Virus record (IMG/VR): IMGVR_UViG_3300020045_008736
Coordinates: 1 to 38,614 of that record
Length of the DNA: 38,614 bases
Direction: 5' to 3' (one strand)
From: a virus
Taxonomy: Duplodnaviria; Caudoviricetes
Under the pieces are notes generated by a model. The model saw only the letters and a list, made by a program, of their open reading frames with translations, was not told the origin of the DNA and made no database searches. The position numbers and the translations under genes were made by a program. The stretch's first letter is position 1. Each line of letters begins with the position of its first letter. This document shows, in pieces, positions 30,771-38,614 of this stretch.

Positions 30771-32294
30771 CTAATTAACCCAAATTGACATACGCCCGAC
30801 TTTAATAGTTGAACCACCGGCATTAGAATGCGTAATTGTTAGCGTCATATTAAATAGATTTGCCGCAACATTGAACTTTATCGCTTGAGACATAAACGTA
30901 ATTGTTTTATTCCCGCCATCTATTTGGCTGTCTGAGATTCTATTTAATGCAATCAATCCCGATACGCCTCCAGATGTGTAGCCGATTGAGAATTCAAGAC
31001 GGCTTAAATTTGTACATGATGACATATCTAAATCAAACACTGCCTGTATAGACTGACCAGCTAATATTCTGTTGTTTATAGCCCAGCCAACCAGCGTAGC
31101 ACCATCATTAGCGGCCGCCGCAACGCATACAATTTGCTGATCGTTTCCATACCCGTCAGCCCTGGCCACAATAGAGCCGACTGCGGTTCCACCACCTACT
31201 TTAGTCAGCGTCCATCCCGTTGCGACAGAGCCTGTTGCACCACCTGCCAACCCACCGGCATTATCTGTCAGCAAAGGATTGTCTATAATCTGCGGAATTT
31301 GTGGACTAATACCAAACGCCTCAACAGCCGACGACACTTTTTTAACTTTAATTTCATTAGAGTAGTCATGTACGCTAAGAACATTATAAAGCTCTTGCCC
31401 CATCAGATACGCTGCTTTACCATTTGGGTGCAGGCCATCTAATGTCATTCCTGATTTCCAGTTGCCCGTTGTGCTTAGTGGGTCAACCAGCTTCGCGTAA
31501 AGGTCAACCAGCACCACATAAGGGTTGTTCTGCGCGTAATCACGAATCAACTGATTGAGCTTTAAAATCTGATAAAACTGTGCTGTCGTCCAACCTGAAA
31601 CTGAATTAGATAGCGGAGTTAATGTTGTTATCATTGGTGATAGCCCAGCCTCTATTATCGACAACCACATATTTTTTTTATTTTCAAAAATTGCTGATGC
31701 CTGAACACTTGCCCTAATATCGTTTATACCCGATTGCTCAATAATATATTGTGGGGATTTTGAATAAAGATCGCTGATCTTTGTTTTTATATATACGGTA
31801 TCTTCACCACCAAATCCGTAACTAATTCCTTTTAGAATAGCGCCTTTTGACAAATAAGCCGCCCATCCAATCCAGTCAGGTTCAGCAGAAACACACAACG
31901 TTGTTAAAAATATCCCAGGCTTTCCTGCCTTTGCAGTGGCAGTACCCTGAAAGCTGCCAGTATAGCCATTAAAAATAACCGTATTGACGTCAGTACCGGC
32001 CGAGCAGACACCACGAATATTGAGGTCTTCTTGTGCGCAGCCGCTGATGTAAAATTCAAATCCAGCGCACATTCTATGTGATACCGCTGTAATTGTTAGT
32101 GTATTGCCATTAGCAACAATGGTTGCTGCTGTTTTCTGGTTACAGTTTTGGACAATCGAATCACCAATGGCGCTTATAACGTTTGGCCTGAAAAAATCTG
32201 ATGTATTGTCAATTATCAGCCCATCTTGCTGCGGATTAGCAGCTTCTTCATAAACGCCTTGATACTGTGTTGAAATGTATTTATTAATTGGCAT
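30771..32294 (-). CDS. SGNH/GDSL esterase-domain protein, probably tail-associated (polysaccharide deacetylase-like)
   Basis: Blocks AIGDSI, GFGGE, SGINDI and DGLHP, followed by a beta-sandwich-like C-terminus; directly after the tail fibre gene. Confidence 0.8.
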   Translation of the reverse strand: MPINKYISTQYQGVYEEAANPQQDGLIIDNTSDFFRPNVISAIGDSIVQNCNQKTAATIVANGNTLTITAVSHRMCAGFEFYISGCAQEDLNIRGVCSAGTDVNTVIFNGYTGSFQGTATAKAGKPGIFLTTLCVSAEPDWIGWAAYLSKGAILKGISYGFGGEDTVYIKTKISDLYSKSPQYIIEQSGINDIRASVQASAIFENKKNMWLSIIEAGLSPMITTLTPLSNSVSGWTTAQFYQILKLNQLIRDYAQNNPYVVLVDLYAKLVDPLSTTGNWKSGMTLDGLHPNGKAAYLMGQELYNVLSVHDYSNEIKVKKVSSAVEAFGISPQIPQIIDNPLLTDNAGGLAGGATGSVATGWTLTKVGGGTAVGSIVARADGYGNDQQIVCVAAAANDGATLVGWAINNRILAGQSIQAVFDLDMSSCTNLSRLEFSIGYTSGGVSGLIALNRISDSQIDGGNKTITFMSQAIKFNVAANLFNMTLTITHSNAGGSTIKVGRMSIWVN

Positions 32295-32297
32295 GGC

Positions 32298-33809
32298 TTA
32301 AGTTCCCAAAAATTGAATGTATGCTTCTTTGTATGCAGTTTGTACGCCGGATGAATTGGTTGTGTATATTTCACACTGGTTATTTGTTTTTAACCCTGGT
32401 CCTGATACGGCAACGCCTGCCACGCTAACAGACCCGGACGTTCCGCAAGTAGTGCCAAAGACCGCATAATTAGAGTTCAGCATTGCCGTAGCAAATGAAA
32501 ATAGATAGTCGCCATTGGCAAATTTTTGGATGCTGGCTATATTAAAATGCTCTTTTATCCAGCATGGTATTGTTAAGCTTCCTGACCCATCGGCTGTGCC
32601 TGGGCATGCTACCGCAAACGAGTTTGCAGCTATTGACGTAACTACGTATGCGCCAGGAACCAATACGCCAGTAGATTGCAGCCAAACGATAGAGCCTATG
32701 CGTTTTTGATGTGCTGCTTCGGATACCGTGCAAAATTGACTGGTTACCGTGTATCCTAGTGATGCAGACGTTACGCCGTCAAATGTCGCCCAGGCTTTGC
32801 AGATATTCTTTGATATTGGTTCGTAAGAGCTATTAAACGTCTTTACTGATGTAATATTCTGAGGGATTGCAAGCGATACATAATCAGCCATATTAACCGG
32901 CTTTGGATTATGAATAATAAACCCATTAATCAATACGGAATACTCAACATCACCATACATATCGTTTGATATATCGCCAGTTGATAGCGTTGTATATAAG
33001 CCAAGCGCATTTAAATAGCGTATAGGCTTCGCTGGTAGTCCGTTAATACTGAGTGTTATTGTAGCGCCAGACGTACCGGCAAAGCGCACCCTAAAGCGTT
33101 GGCCATCGATATACGAGGTTATGGCCGGATTAGCCGTGGCAACAAATGCACCTACCGTTCCGGTTGCTGTAATGGCAGTAAATGCTTGATTTTGGATAGA
33201 CGCTTTAAGAGCGCTGCTAATAAAATTCGGGTTGCTACTAGGATAAGCCGGGTTGGTAAAGCCGTAATAAACCGTTGATATGGAAAAATCCAGTACCAAT
33301 GAGTCATTAACGATAACAATCGTGGTCTTATTTAGGACAGATGAATAGGTGCTAGTGGCTACCGTGCCGTAATTATTGCCGCCGATAACAGGAATTTTTA
33401 CCCGGCGGTTGACATTAAACACAGCGGTTTGATCGCCAATAACAGAAAAGCTGGTGTCGCTGATATAGGTTGCATTGGCAGCAAATAATAACCACTCATC
33501 CGTAACCGGGTCTGGAACGTCATTAATACCGGATATGTCGTAAACAGGGGGGCGTACAACACTGTCGGAAGCATCTCTTAAAACGGCGGTATAGGTTAGG
33601 CCTTCTTCAAGCCATATAGGATAATATGGCTCGCCGCGCGTGTTTAAAATAACCGGGTTTGGCTGCAATGCTGAACCAAGCTGGTCAGCATAGGTTGGTT
33701 GTGGCGTGGTGGTTCGGTTTTGATACCAATAAACCTTGCCGCCTGATAATGGATTGCCGTTATTGTCTAACTGAGCGTCATTAAATAAAGGCGATAGAAA
33801 ATAGGCCAT
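32298..33809 (-). CDS. tail fibre protein with an N-terminal virion-attachment domain
   Basis: Q.D.NG.PL.GGKVY.Y...TTTP..TY.D..G....NPVIL..RG...IWL; Y..GQ.F...T.L.INGL.AK.I; C-terminal KAW..FDG...NI.SI.....G.Y...F.TAM...NY. Confidence 0.82.
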   Translation of the reverse strand: MAYFLSPLFNDAQLDNNGNPLSGGKVYWYQNRTTTPQPTYADQLGSALQPNPVILNTRGEPYYPIWLEEGLTYTAVLRDASDSVVRPPVYDISGINDVPDPVTDEWLLFAANATYISDTSFSVIGDQTAVFNVNRRVKIPVIGGNNYGTVATSTYSSVLNKTTIVIVNDSLVLDFSISTVYYGFTNPAYPSSNPNFISSALKASIQNQAFTAITATGTVGAFVATANPAITSYIDGQRFRVRFAGTSGATITLSINGLPAKPIRYLNALGLYTTLSTGDISNDMYGDVEYSVLINGFIIHNPKPVNMADYVSLAIPQNITSVKTFNSSYEPISKNICKAWATFDGVTSASLGYTVTSQFCTVSEAAHQKRIGSIVWLQSTGVLVPGAYVVTSIAANSFAVACPGTADGSGSLTIPCWIKEHFNIASIQKFANGDYLFSFATAMLNSNYAVFGTTCGTSGSVSVAGVAVSGPGLKTNNQCEIYTTNSSGVQTAYKEAYIQFLGT

Positions 33810-33838
33810 GCTGTCGCCTCCCGGCGTGTTTTTTTTGG

Positions 33839-33848
33839 ATTATAACAC
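33839..33848 (-). promoter_or_regulatory. putative extended -10 promoter GTGTTATAAT upstream of the fibre gene
   Basis: TG-T-TATAAT, ~32 nt before the ATG at 33809. Confidence 0.5.
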
Positions 33849-35803
33849 TATTCGTTGTTATTTAAAAGATATGTAGCTAAGTCAGAACTAAGCGCAGGTG
33901 TCATGCCTTTTATTTTTTCATTGTCAATTAACGCAGTCAGTGCTTTTAATGTTGTTGATGGCGACGCATCCTTATACTTTACCATTAACTTCTGATAAGG
34001 CTTTGATAGTAATAACGATCTAATTGGCGTTGATAGATAAGGCAGTGCAGCGGCAACCGGCCCTCCCGCAGTGCCAAGCCCTATTGATAATCCGGCCTGA
34101 ACCTTGCTAACACCGGGTGTTCTAATATATTCCGCTTCTCGTACATAAGGCCGGAACGTGTTCGCCATATCGCCAATTAGCTTTAGGTTGCCGGTCATTT
34201 TATTTGGGTTCGCGTCATGCATTCGCCCAAGGATAGGTGCAGATACGTCTCCGGTCGATACGTTGGCAGCTTTTTCAACATCAAACGTTTTTGCTATTTC
34301 GCGACGTGCATTGTTTAGTGCATCCATTAATTCTGGATTTCCTAGCGATGATGCTCTTTGTGTTAAGCGAGCATCTAGCGCGTCGGCCTGTGCATCAAAC
34401 TTATGCGCATTTGCCAAATCATCCGGCCTGCCTGATTTCTCTGCCGCTCTATGCCATCCTTGTGCATCAGCACGAGCGAGCTTTAATGCTTGTAGATCCT
34501 GATTGGCTGTCTGCATAGCGTTATTACCTAAACCAGTATAACCATTAGCTGTGCTAGGCATATTGGCTACGTTTTGATATGGCTTATAGTTTGTTTCTCT
34601 TGCTGCCTTAATTACGCTAGGCAATAATGGTTCATCCGCGCCAATCTCTGCACCAACCAAGGCATTAGTTATTGGCTGATTTTTTAGCGCGGTTGCTTGT
34701 GTCATGGCATCTTTACCAGCCGCGCCTTCTAAAATGTTTCCAACAAACGTGGGATTGACTGCGCTTTGCGGCAATACATAACCGGCCTCTTGCGCTTGTT
34801 CCAGTAAGGCTTTTTTTGGTGCAATTGCTTTATTAAAAGCGTCGGCTTTTGCTTGGCTATTGGCTAGCATGCCGGATAACTTGCCACCAACAGAATTAAC
34901 AAGCTTTTGACCTGCTGCGCCAGCTACGCCACCGACCGCCGTATTTAATAGGCGCTCTTCACTAGATTCAGCCGGATTAATTAAGCCTTGCGCTGCTCCG
35001 ATAACACCAGCGCCGGTTAATGTATTTGCGCCTGGAATAAGCGCGGTAGGCGCAGCCATGCCTATATTACTAACCAATGAGGCGATAGGCGCTTTTTGCG
35101 CTGCTTCTTTGTTCTGCGATAATACATTTTTTTCTATATCGTCAAGCCCTCCTGGCAACATTTGCTTAATCCCTAAATAGGCATTAATTGGCGCAGAGGC
35201 GATGCCGCCTTTTACTTCGTCAAGGTAGCTTGATTGCTCTTGTTGTTGCTCTGGCTCATTACCTTCTAGTTGCGCCAATAATTCAGGGTCTGTTACCTCA
35301 GTCAAATTAGGCTGAGTTATCACTTGTTGCGCATTATCCCCTTCAAGTTGTCGCAACAATTCCGGGTCAGTCACTTCGGTTAATTTTTGCTGTGGCATAA
35401 TATCGTTCGCTTCATTCACTGATGCATTAGCTGAGCTTATCGGATTGATCGCATGTAATATCTTGTCAACATAATTACGCGTTTCTTTGAATGGTGGAAT
35501 ACCTTTGTATTTATCTACGTTTCCAGGACCAGCGTTATAAGCGGCAAGCGCAAGTTTTTCATCACCATTGTATTTTTTAAGCATTGCACCTAAGTAGTCA
35601 TTGGCAAAACGTTTTTGTTCGGATGGGCTATTGTCTAATAATGGCTTTACGCCATAGCCTGGGTCGCGACCTGTTTGTGGCATAACCTGGGCTAAACCTC
35701 TAGCGCCTTTTGGTGAAACAGCATTGGGGTTGCCGCCGGACTCTTGCTGTATTAGTGCTGCTAATAATTCAGGACGCGGCTTCATTGGTTCACCTGATGC
35801 CAT
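33848..35803 (-). CDS. ejection (internal virion) protein with an N-terminal lytic transglycosylase (SLT) domain
   Basis: QES.G.P.AVS.KGA.GL.Q.MP.T, ALAAYNAGPG.V, IPPF.ETRNYV; helical Ala/Gly-rich body; position equivalent to P22 gp16. Confidence 0.85.
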   Translation of the reverse strand: MASGEPMKPRPELLAALIQQESGGNPNAVSPKGARGLAQVMPQTGRDPGYGVKPLLDNSPSEQKRFANDYLGAMLKKYNGDEKLALAAYNAGPGNVDKYKGIPPFKETRNYVDKILHAINPISSANASVNEANDIMPQQKLTEVTDPELLRQLEGDNAQQVITQPNLTEVTDPELLAQLEGNEPEQQQEQSSYLDEVKGGIASAPINAYLGIKQMLPGGLDDIEKNVLSQNKEAAQKAPIASLVSNIGMAAPTALIPGANTLTGAGVIGAAQGLINPAESSEERLLNTAVGGVAGAAGQKLVNSVGGKLSGMLANSQAKADAFNKAIAPKKALLEQAQEAGYVLPQSAVNPTFVGNILEGAAGKDAMTQATALKNQPITNALVGAEIGADEPLLPSVIKAARETNYKPYQNVANMPSTANGYTGLGNNAMQTANQDLQALKLARADAQGWHRAAEKSGRPDDLANAHKFDAQADALDARLTQRASSLGNPELMDALNNARREIAKTFDVEKAANVSTGDVSAPILGRMHDANPNKMTGNLKLIGDMANTFRPYVREAEYIRTPGVSKVQAGLSIGLGTAGGPVAAALPYLSTPIRSLLLSKPYQKLMVKYKDASPSTTLKALTALIDNEKIKGMTPALSSDLATYLLNNNE

Positions 35804-37008
35804 TTGCCATTTGTTTTTATAAATGTTATGCCATTTAAAACCTTTGTGGCCTCTGGAGCCGGGATATCTTGCGTACTTTGCTGGGCTGTTGGCATCTGCT
35901 CTGAACCGGCTGAACCTGTGTTAAGCAACAAGTCGCGTCTTTTCTGTAAAAGTGCCTTCCCTTTTGCTAGCATCTCCAGGTTAACCTCGCCATCAGAATC
36001 AAGCGTCTCTGCCGTATCTTTTACCCATTGCCCCTCGGCATTTGATAATTGACCAAACGACACGCCGATTGCTTTAAATGCAGCAATAGCTTTAACTGCT
36101 TCGGCGGCATAGCCTTTCTTTAACCTTGTCAAATCCTTGCCGCCCGTATAGTCATCAAGCCCAATATCTGACCCAGCACGGCGCAACATTGTTGACACGG
36201 CATTACTAGCCAATGGGCCGGTTTTAGTTCGCTTTTGTATTTTTGCCAATTCGTCTATGCCTGATACCGCCTCATCAATGCCCATCAACGCAGACTGTTT
36301 AACATTTTCTTTTTTTGCAATTTCTTCGTCCATTTTATATTGCTGAAATTCACTAATCGGTTTAGGAGTTTCTGCATCTATTTGTTTTTTAGACCGATAA
36401 TCCGCTATTTCTTGAGCCGATTCACCAGCCTTCTTTGCTCCTGCTCTTGCTCCAACCGCTTCAGGGCTATATTGAGCACTACCTTGTACAGGTAGCCCTG
36501 TCGCCTCATCCGGCACAGGCCCGGCGAGGCCGGTTGCTTTATTAAATCGGCGCATGTTGCCTTGTGCGTCATATCCAAGAACAAAATTATCTTTGTTTCG
36601 GCTTTGCGATATTTGCGCCAATGTGCGCAAAGCTTGCTCATCTGCCGGATTAGTCAGCATTTCTGGTTTATTAAACAGCTTCGCTAATTGCGGACGTAAT
36701 GGGGCAATGATTTGTTCAAGCGCTTGCTGCCTGCGCGGGTCGCCTTCCGGGATATTCATGCTATCCAATCTGGATATAGACGCGTCTGCCATTTTTTGAA
36801 TAAGCGCATGTTTGCTATCCATTGCGCCTGTTTCTGCGTCATCAGCCCTGGCAGTTCTAAGCCTGTTGTCTAATTCCTGTTCTTGTGGCGCAGCGTCAAT
36901 TTTTTGCTGATTTAATATTTGCTGTTGATTGCGGTTCGCCAGTTCAGAATATTGGTTAGCATATTCAACCATTGATATAGGCCTAACTTGATCGGTAGGG
37001 AATTGCAT
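35782..37008 (-). CDS. ejection / DNA transfer protein (P22 gp20-like position)
   Basis: Gln/Ala-rich helical protein with a G.LSNAEG motif, between the gp7-like and SLT proteins. Confidence 0.65.
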   Translation of the reverse strand: MQFPTDQVRPISMVEYANQYSELANRNQQQILNQQKIDAAPQEQELDNRLRTARADDAETGAMDSKHALIQKMADASISRLDSMNIPEGDPRRQQALEQIIAPLRPQLAKLFNKPEMLTNPADEQALRTLAQISQSRNKDNFVLGYDAQGNMRRFNKATGLAGPVPDEATGLPVQGSAQYSPEAVGARAGAKKAGESAQEIADYRSKKQIDAETPKPISEFQQYKMDEEIAKKENVKQSALMGIDEAVSGIDELAKIQKRTKTGPLASNAVSTMLRRAGSDIGLDDYTGGKDLTRLKKGYAAEAVKAIAAFKAIGVSFGQLSNAEGQWVKDTAETLDSDGEVNLEMLAKGKALLQKRRDLLLNTGSAGSEQMPTAQQSTQDIPAPEATKVLNGITFIKTNGKWHQVNQ

Positions 37009-37010
37009 AA

Positions 37011-38075
37011 TTAAACCTTCGCTTTAGGTAAGTCAGTTGGCCCGCCTGCTGCTGGCGTTGGGCCATTAATCCACCCGCCTATTTTACTCATCATGGCGGG
37101 GTTGCCTGCAACGGCGCCAGTGAAACTATTTATACCGTTACCAATGCCAGTGTACATATTGGCTTCGTTTTGACCTTGCGCTAATGCAAGTGTTGCTTGT
37201 TGGTCGCCAAGGTTTGTAGCGATTCCTGCTTTAGCGTTTGCACCTTGCATTTGATAGCCGCCTTGTGTACCGGCTGCGCTTTGACCATTATTAGCCATTG
37301 ATTGCAAGCGAGAGAACTTGTTTGTTTTATTAGTGGTGTCTCGTGCAAAAGCATTTTGGTAGGATTGCTGTGCGCGTGTATAGGCGTTGTTATATTCGGT
37401 TGACGCAAACTCAGATCCATAGTTATTTAATGATTTTAGCTGTGCGCCCGATAATAAAGAACCTCGCGCAGATGCGCTATTATTCGCTGAGTCTAGCCCT
37501 TGTTTTAATCTAAACTGATAACCTGGTGTCGCTTGCAAATCTTCCAGCGTATTAACAAACGGCGTATAGCCTGGGTCGTTTTTGTAATCCTCCATGCCAA
37601 AATCTTTAGTAAGATTTCCAGCATTTTGGTTGGTTGACTCGCCAAGCTGGTTAACTTGGTTTTTCTGATTCAGGTATTCACGGCTAGCCGCTTGATACGC
37701 TTGGCGCATCTTATTATTAGCTGTCCAGCTTTTGCCCTTTGGATTATACTTAGCAAGGATTGCTTGCCAAGCCGGGTCATCTGTCTTAATACGCTTGTTT
37801 GCGGTCGGCACGTCGCCTTGTCCATAGCTGCCGCCAAGCCCCATTTGTTGTGATAGCTCATCAAGTGCAGACCGACCAACCTTGGAATAAGGCTGCATAT
37901 AGCCTGTTGCCGTATTAACACCTGTATTAATGTCTTTTCTGGCTTGCGCTGCAGCCGCTGCCGCCGCGCGTCCTGCTTCGCTGTTTGCGTCCTCTTTTGC
38001 GCTAGCGCTAGCCATTGATGTCCCAATCTGAACGGCTGCGCTAACGCCTGCCACTGCTACACCTGCAAAACTCAT
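37011..38075 (-). CDS. DNA transfer protein, P22 gp7-like
   Basis: Gly/Ala-rich N-terminus, QPY...G..AL, PGYQFRL.QG...SA.ARG.L.SGA.LK.L..YG...AS.EY; ATG at 38075 with GGAGG. Confidence 0.8.
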   Translation of the reverse strand: MSFAGVAVAGVSAAVQIGTSMASASAKEDANSEAGRAAAAAAAQARKDINTGVNTATGYMQPYSKVGRSALDELSQQMGLGGSYGQGDVPTANKRIKTDDPAWQAILAKYNPKGKSWTANNKMRQAYQAASREYLNQKNQVNQLGESTNQNAGNLTKDFGMEDYKNDPGYTPFVNTLEDLQATPGYQFRLKQGLDSANNSASARGSLLSGAQLKSLNNYGSEFASTEYNNAYTRAQQSYQNAFARDTTNKTNKFSRLQSMANNGQSAAGTQGGYQMQGANAKAGIATNLGDQQATLALAQGQNEANMYTGIGNGINSFTGAVAGNPAMMSKIGGWINGPTPAAGGPTDLPKAKV

Positions 38076-38551
38076 ATAATGCCTCCCGGCAATACTAATT
38101 GCTCTATCCATTCCAGATTGCTGGCATGGACTAATTCGTTTTCAAGCTCCGCCACCGTTTGTTTGTCACTTCGGTGGGTTGTTGTCCATATAGTATCTTC
38201 ATGGACATAGATTAATCGTTTTGTACCGGCTTTTGATTGCCAGATACAAGGCGCTGCATGTTCTTGAATGCCGTCCATGGTCATCACAGTTACACGACCT
38301 TTTAATAGCGTGTTTACGTGGTCGTAGTTATGTACTTTTCCAGTTAACAACATGTCGGCGGGTAGCGCTATCTTGCGAACATACGTGCCGTTACATATAA
38401 AGTGTTCAAGAGGTGGACTTTGCGTTGTCGCACCTTCCATATGGTTCAGCATGTAATATTCTGCAATTTCTATCTTTTCACTATTTGAAAGATCTGCAAG
38501 GCTTTTGCCTATTTTGCTTTCAATTAGCTGAAAATTAAATAAATCGCTCAT
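38072..38551 (-). CDS. conserved podophage cupin-like protein
   Basis: H.F..G.Y.R...PA...LTGK.H...H...L.G...AP....AGTKR..Y.HEDT.W.T.H. Confidence 0.7.
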   Translation of the reverse strand: MSDLFNFQLIESKIGKSLADLSNSEKIEIAEYYMLNHMEGATTQSPPLEHFICNGTYVRKIALPADMLLTGKVHNYDHVNTLLKGRVTVMTMDGIQEHAAPCIWQSKAGTKRLIYVHEDTIWTTTHRSDKQTVAELENELVHASNLEWIEQLVLPGGII

Positions 38552-38614
38552 ACAACACGCTGCTTGACAATTGACCCGGTTCGATAATAGCCATAAACCG
38601 GCAATCCTGCAAGC
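38548..38614 (-). CDS. 3' part of the small protein wrapping from position 77 (...LAGLPVYGYYRTGSIVKQRVV)
   Basis: Open frame ending in TGA at 38550-38548, ATGA-coupled to the cupin-like gene. Confidence 0.7.
   Translation of the reverse strand, partial: LAGLPVYGYYRTGSIVKQRVV

Noticed and set aside
30771-33809. Diversity-generating retroelement or invertible tail-fibre cassette
   Set aside because: No reverse transcriptase or invertase, and no TR/VR-like duplicate or flanking inverted repeats were noticed.
35260-35385. Duplicated LTEVTDPELL.QLEG motif in the SLT ejection protein
   Set aside because: A real short intragenic repeat, but such linker repeats are common in podophage ejection proteins, so it is not treated as a separate system.

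Overview
The window looks like an essentially complete, circularly permuted ~38.6-kb genome of a P22-like short-tailed dsDNA phage. The host is Gram-negative (spanin genes) and probably a proteobacterium (IHF-like boxes, sigma70-type promoters). There are four transcription blocks. (1) A minus-strand late arm starts at ~11270: terS, terL, a free-standing HNH endonuclease, portal, scaffold, coat, a decoration-like protein, a fibre, gp4-like and gp10-like proteins. It wraps through the window ends into ejection proteins, a second fibre, an SGNH esterase and a lysis cassette (holin, M15 endolysin, Rz/Rz1). (2) A plus-strand block of small early ORFs at 11424-13057. (3) A minus-strand block at 18895-13102: an RHH regulator, a BT4734-N/DUF3987 primase-helicase, an iteron/IHF origin, a small RNA candidate, TraR-like and Ogr-like zinc fingers, a secreted Asn-rich protein and a DUF6378-like protein. 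(4) A plus-strand block at 18970-28311: a pentapeptide-repeat protein, a ~410-nt structured non-coding region, a second RHH, a Sak4-like ATPase, an SSB-like protein, Gp157, an SF2 helicase and a VRR-NUC nuclease. I found no integrase, CI-type repressor, tRNA, CRISPR array or reverse transcriptase. The most novel-looking elements are non-coding: a promoter-driven two-domain structured RNA (20447-20856), a recurrent GCC-NGGA-GGC hairpin burying the RBS of three virion genes, a late-promoter motif, an early-promoter operator motif and a dyad-symmetric origin. All family assignments come from motif recognition by eye; no searches were run.
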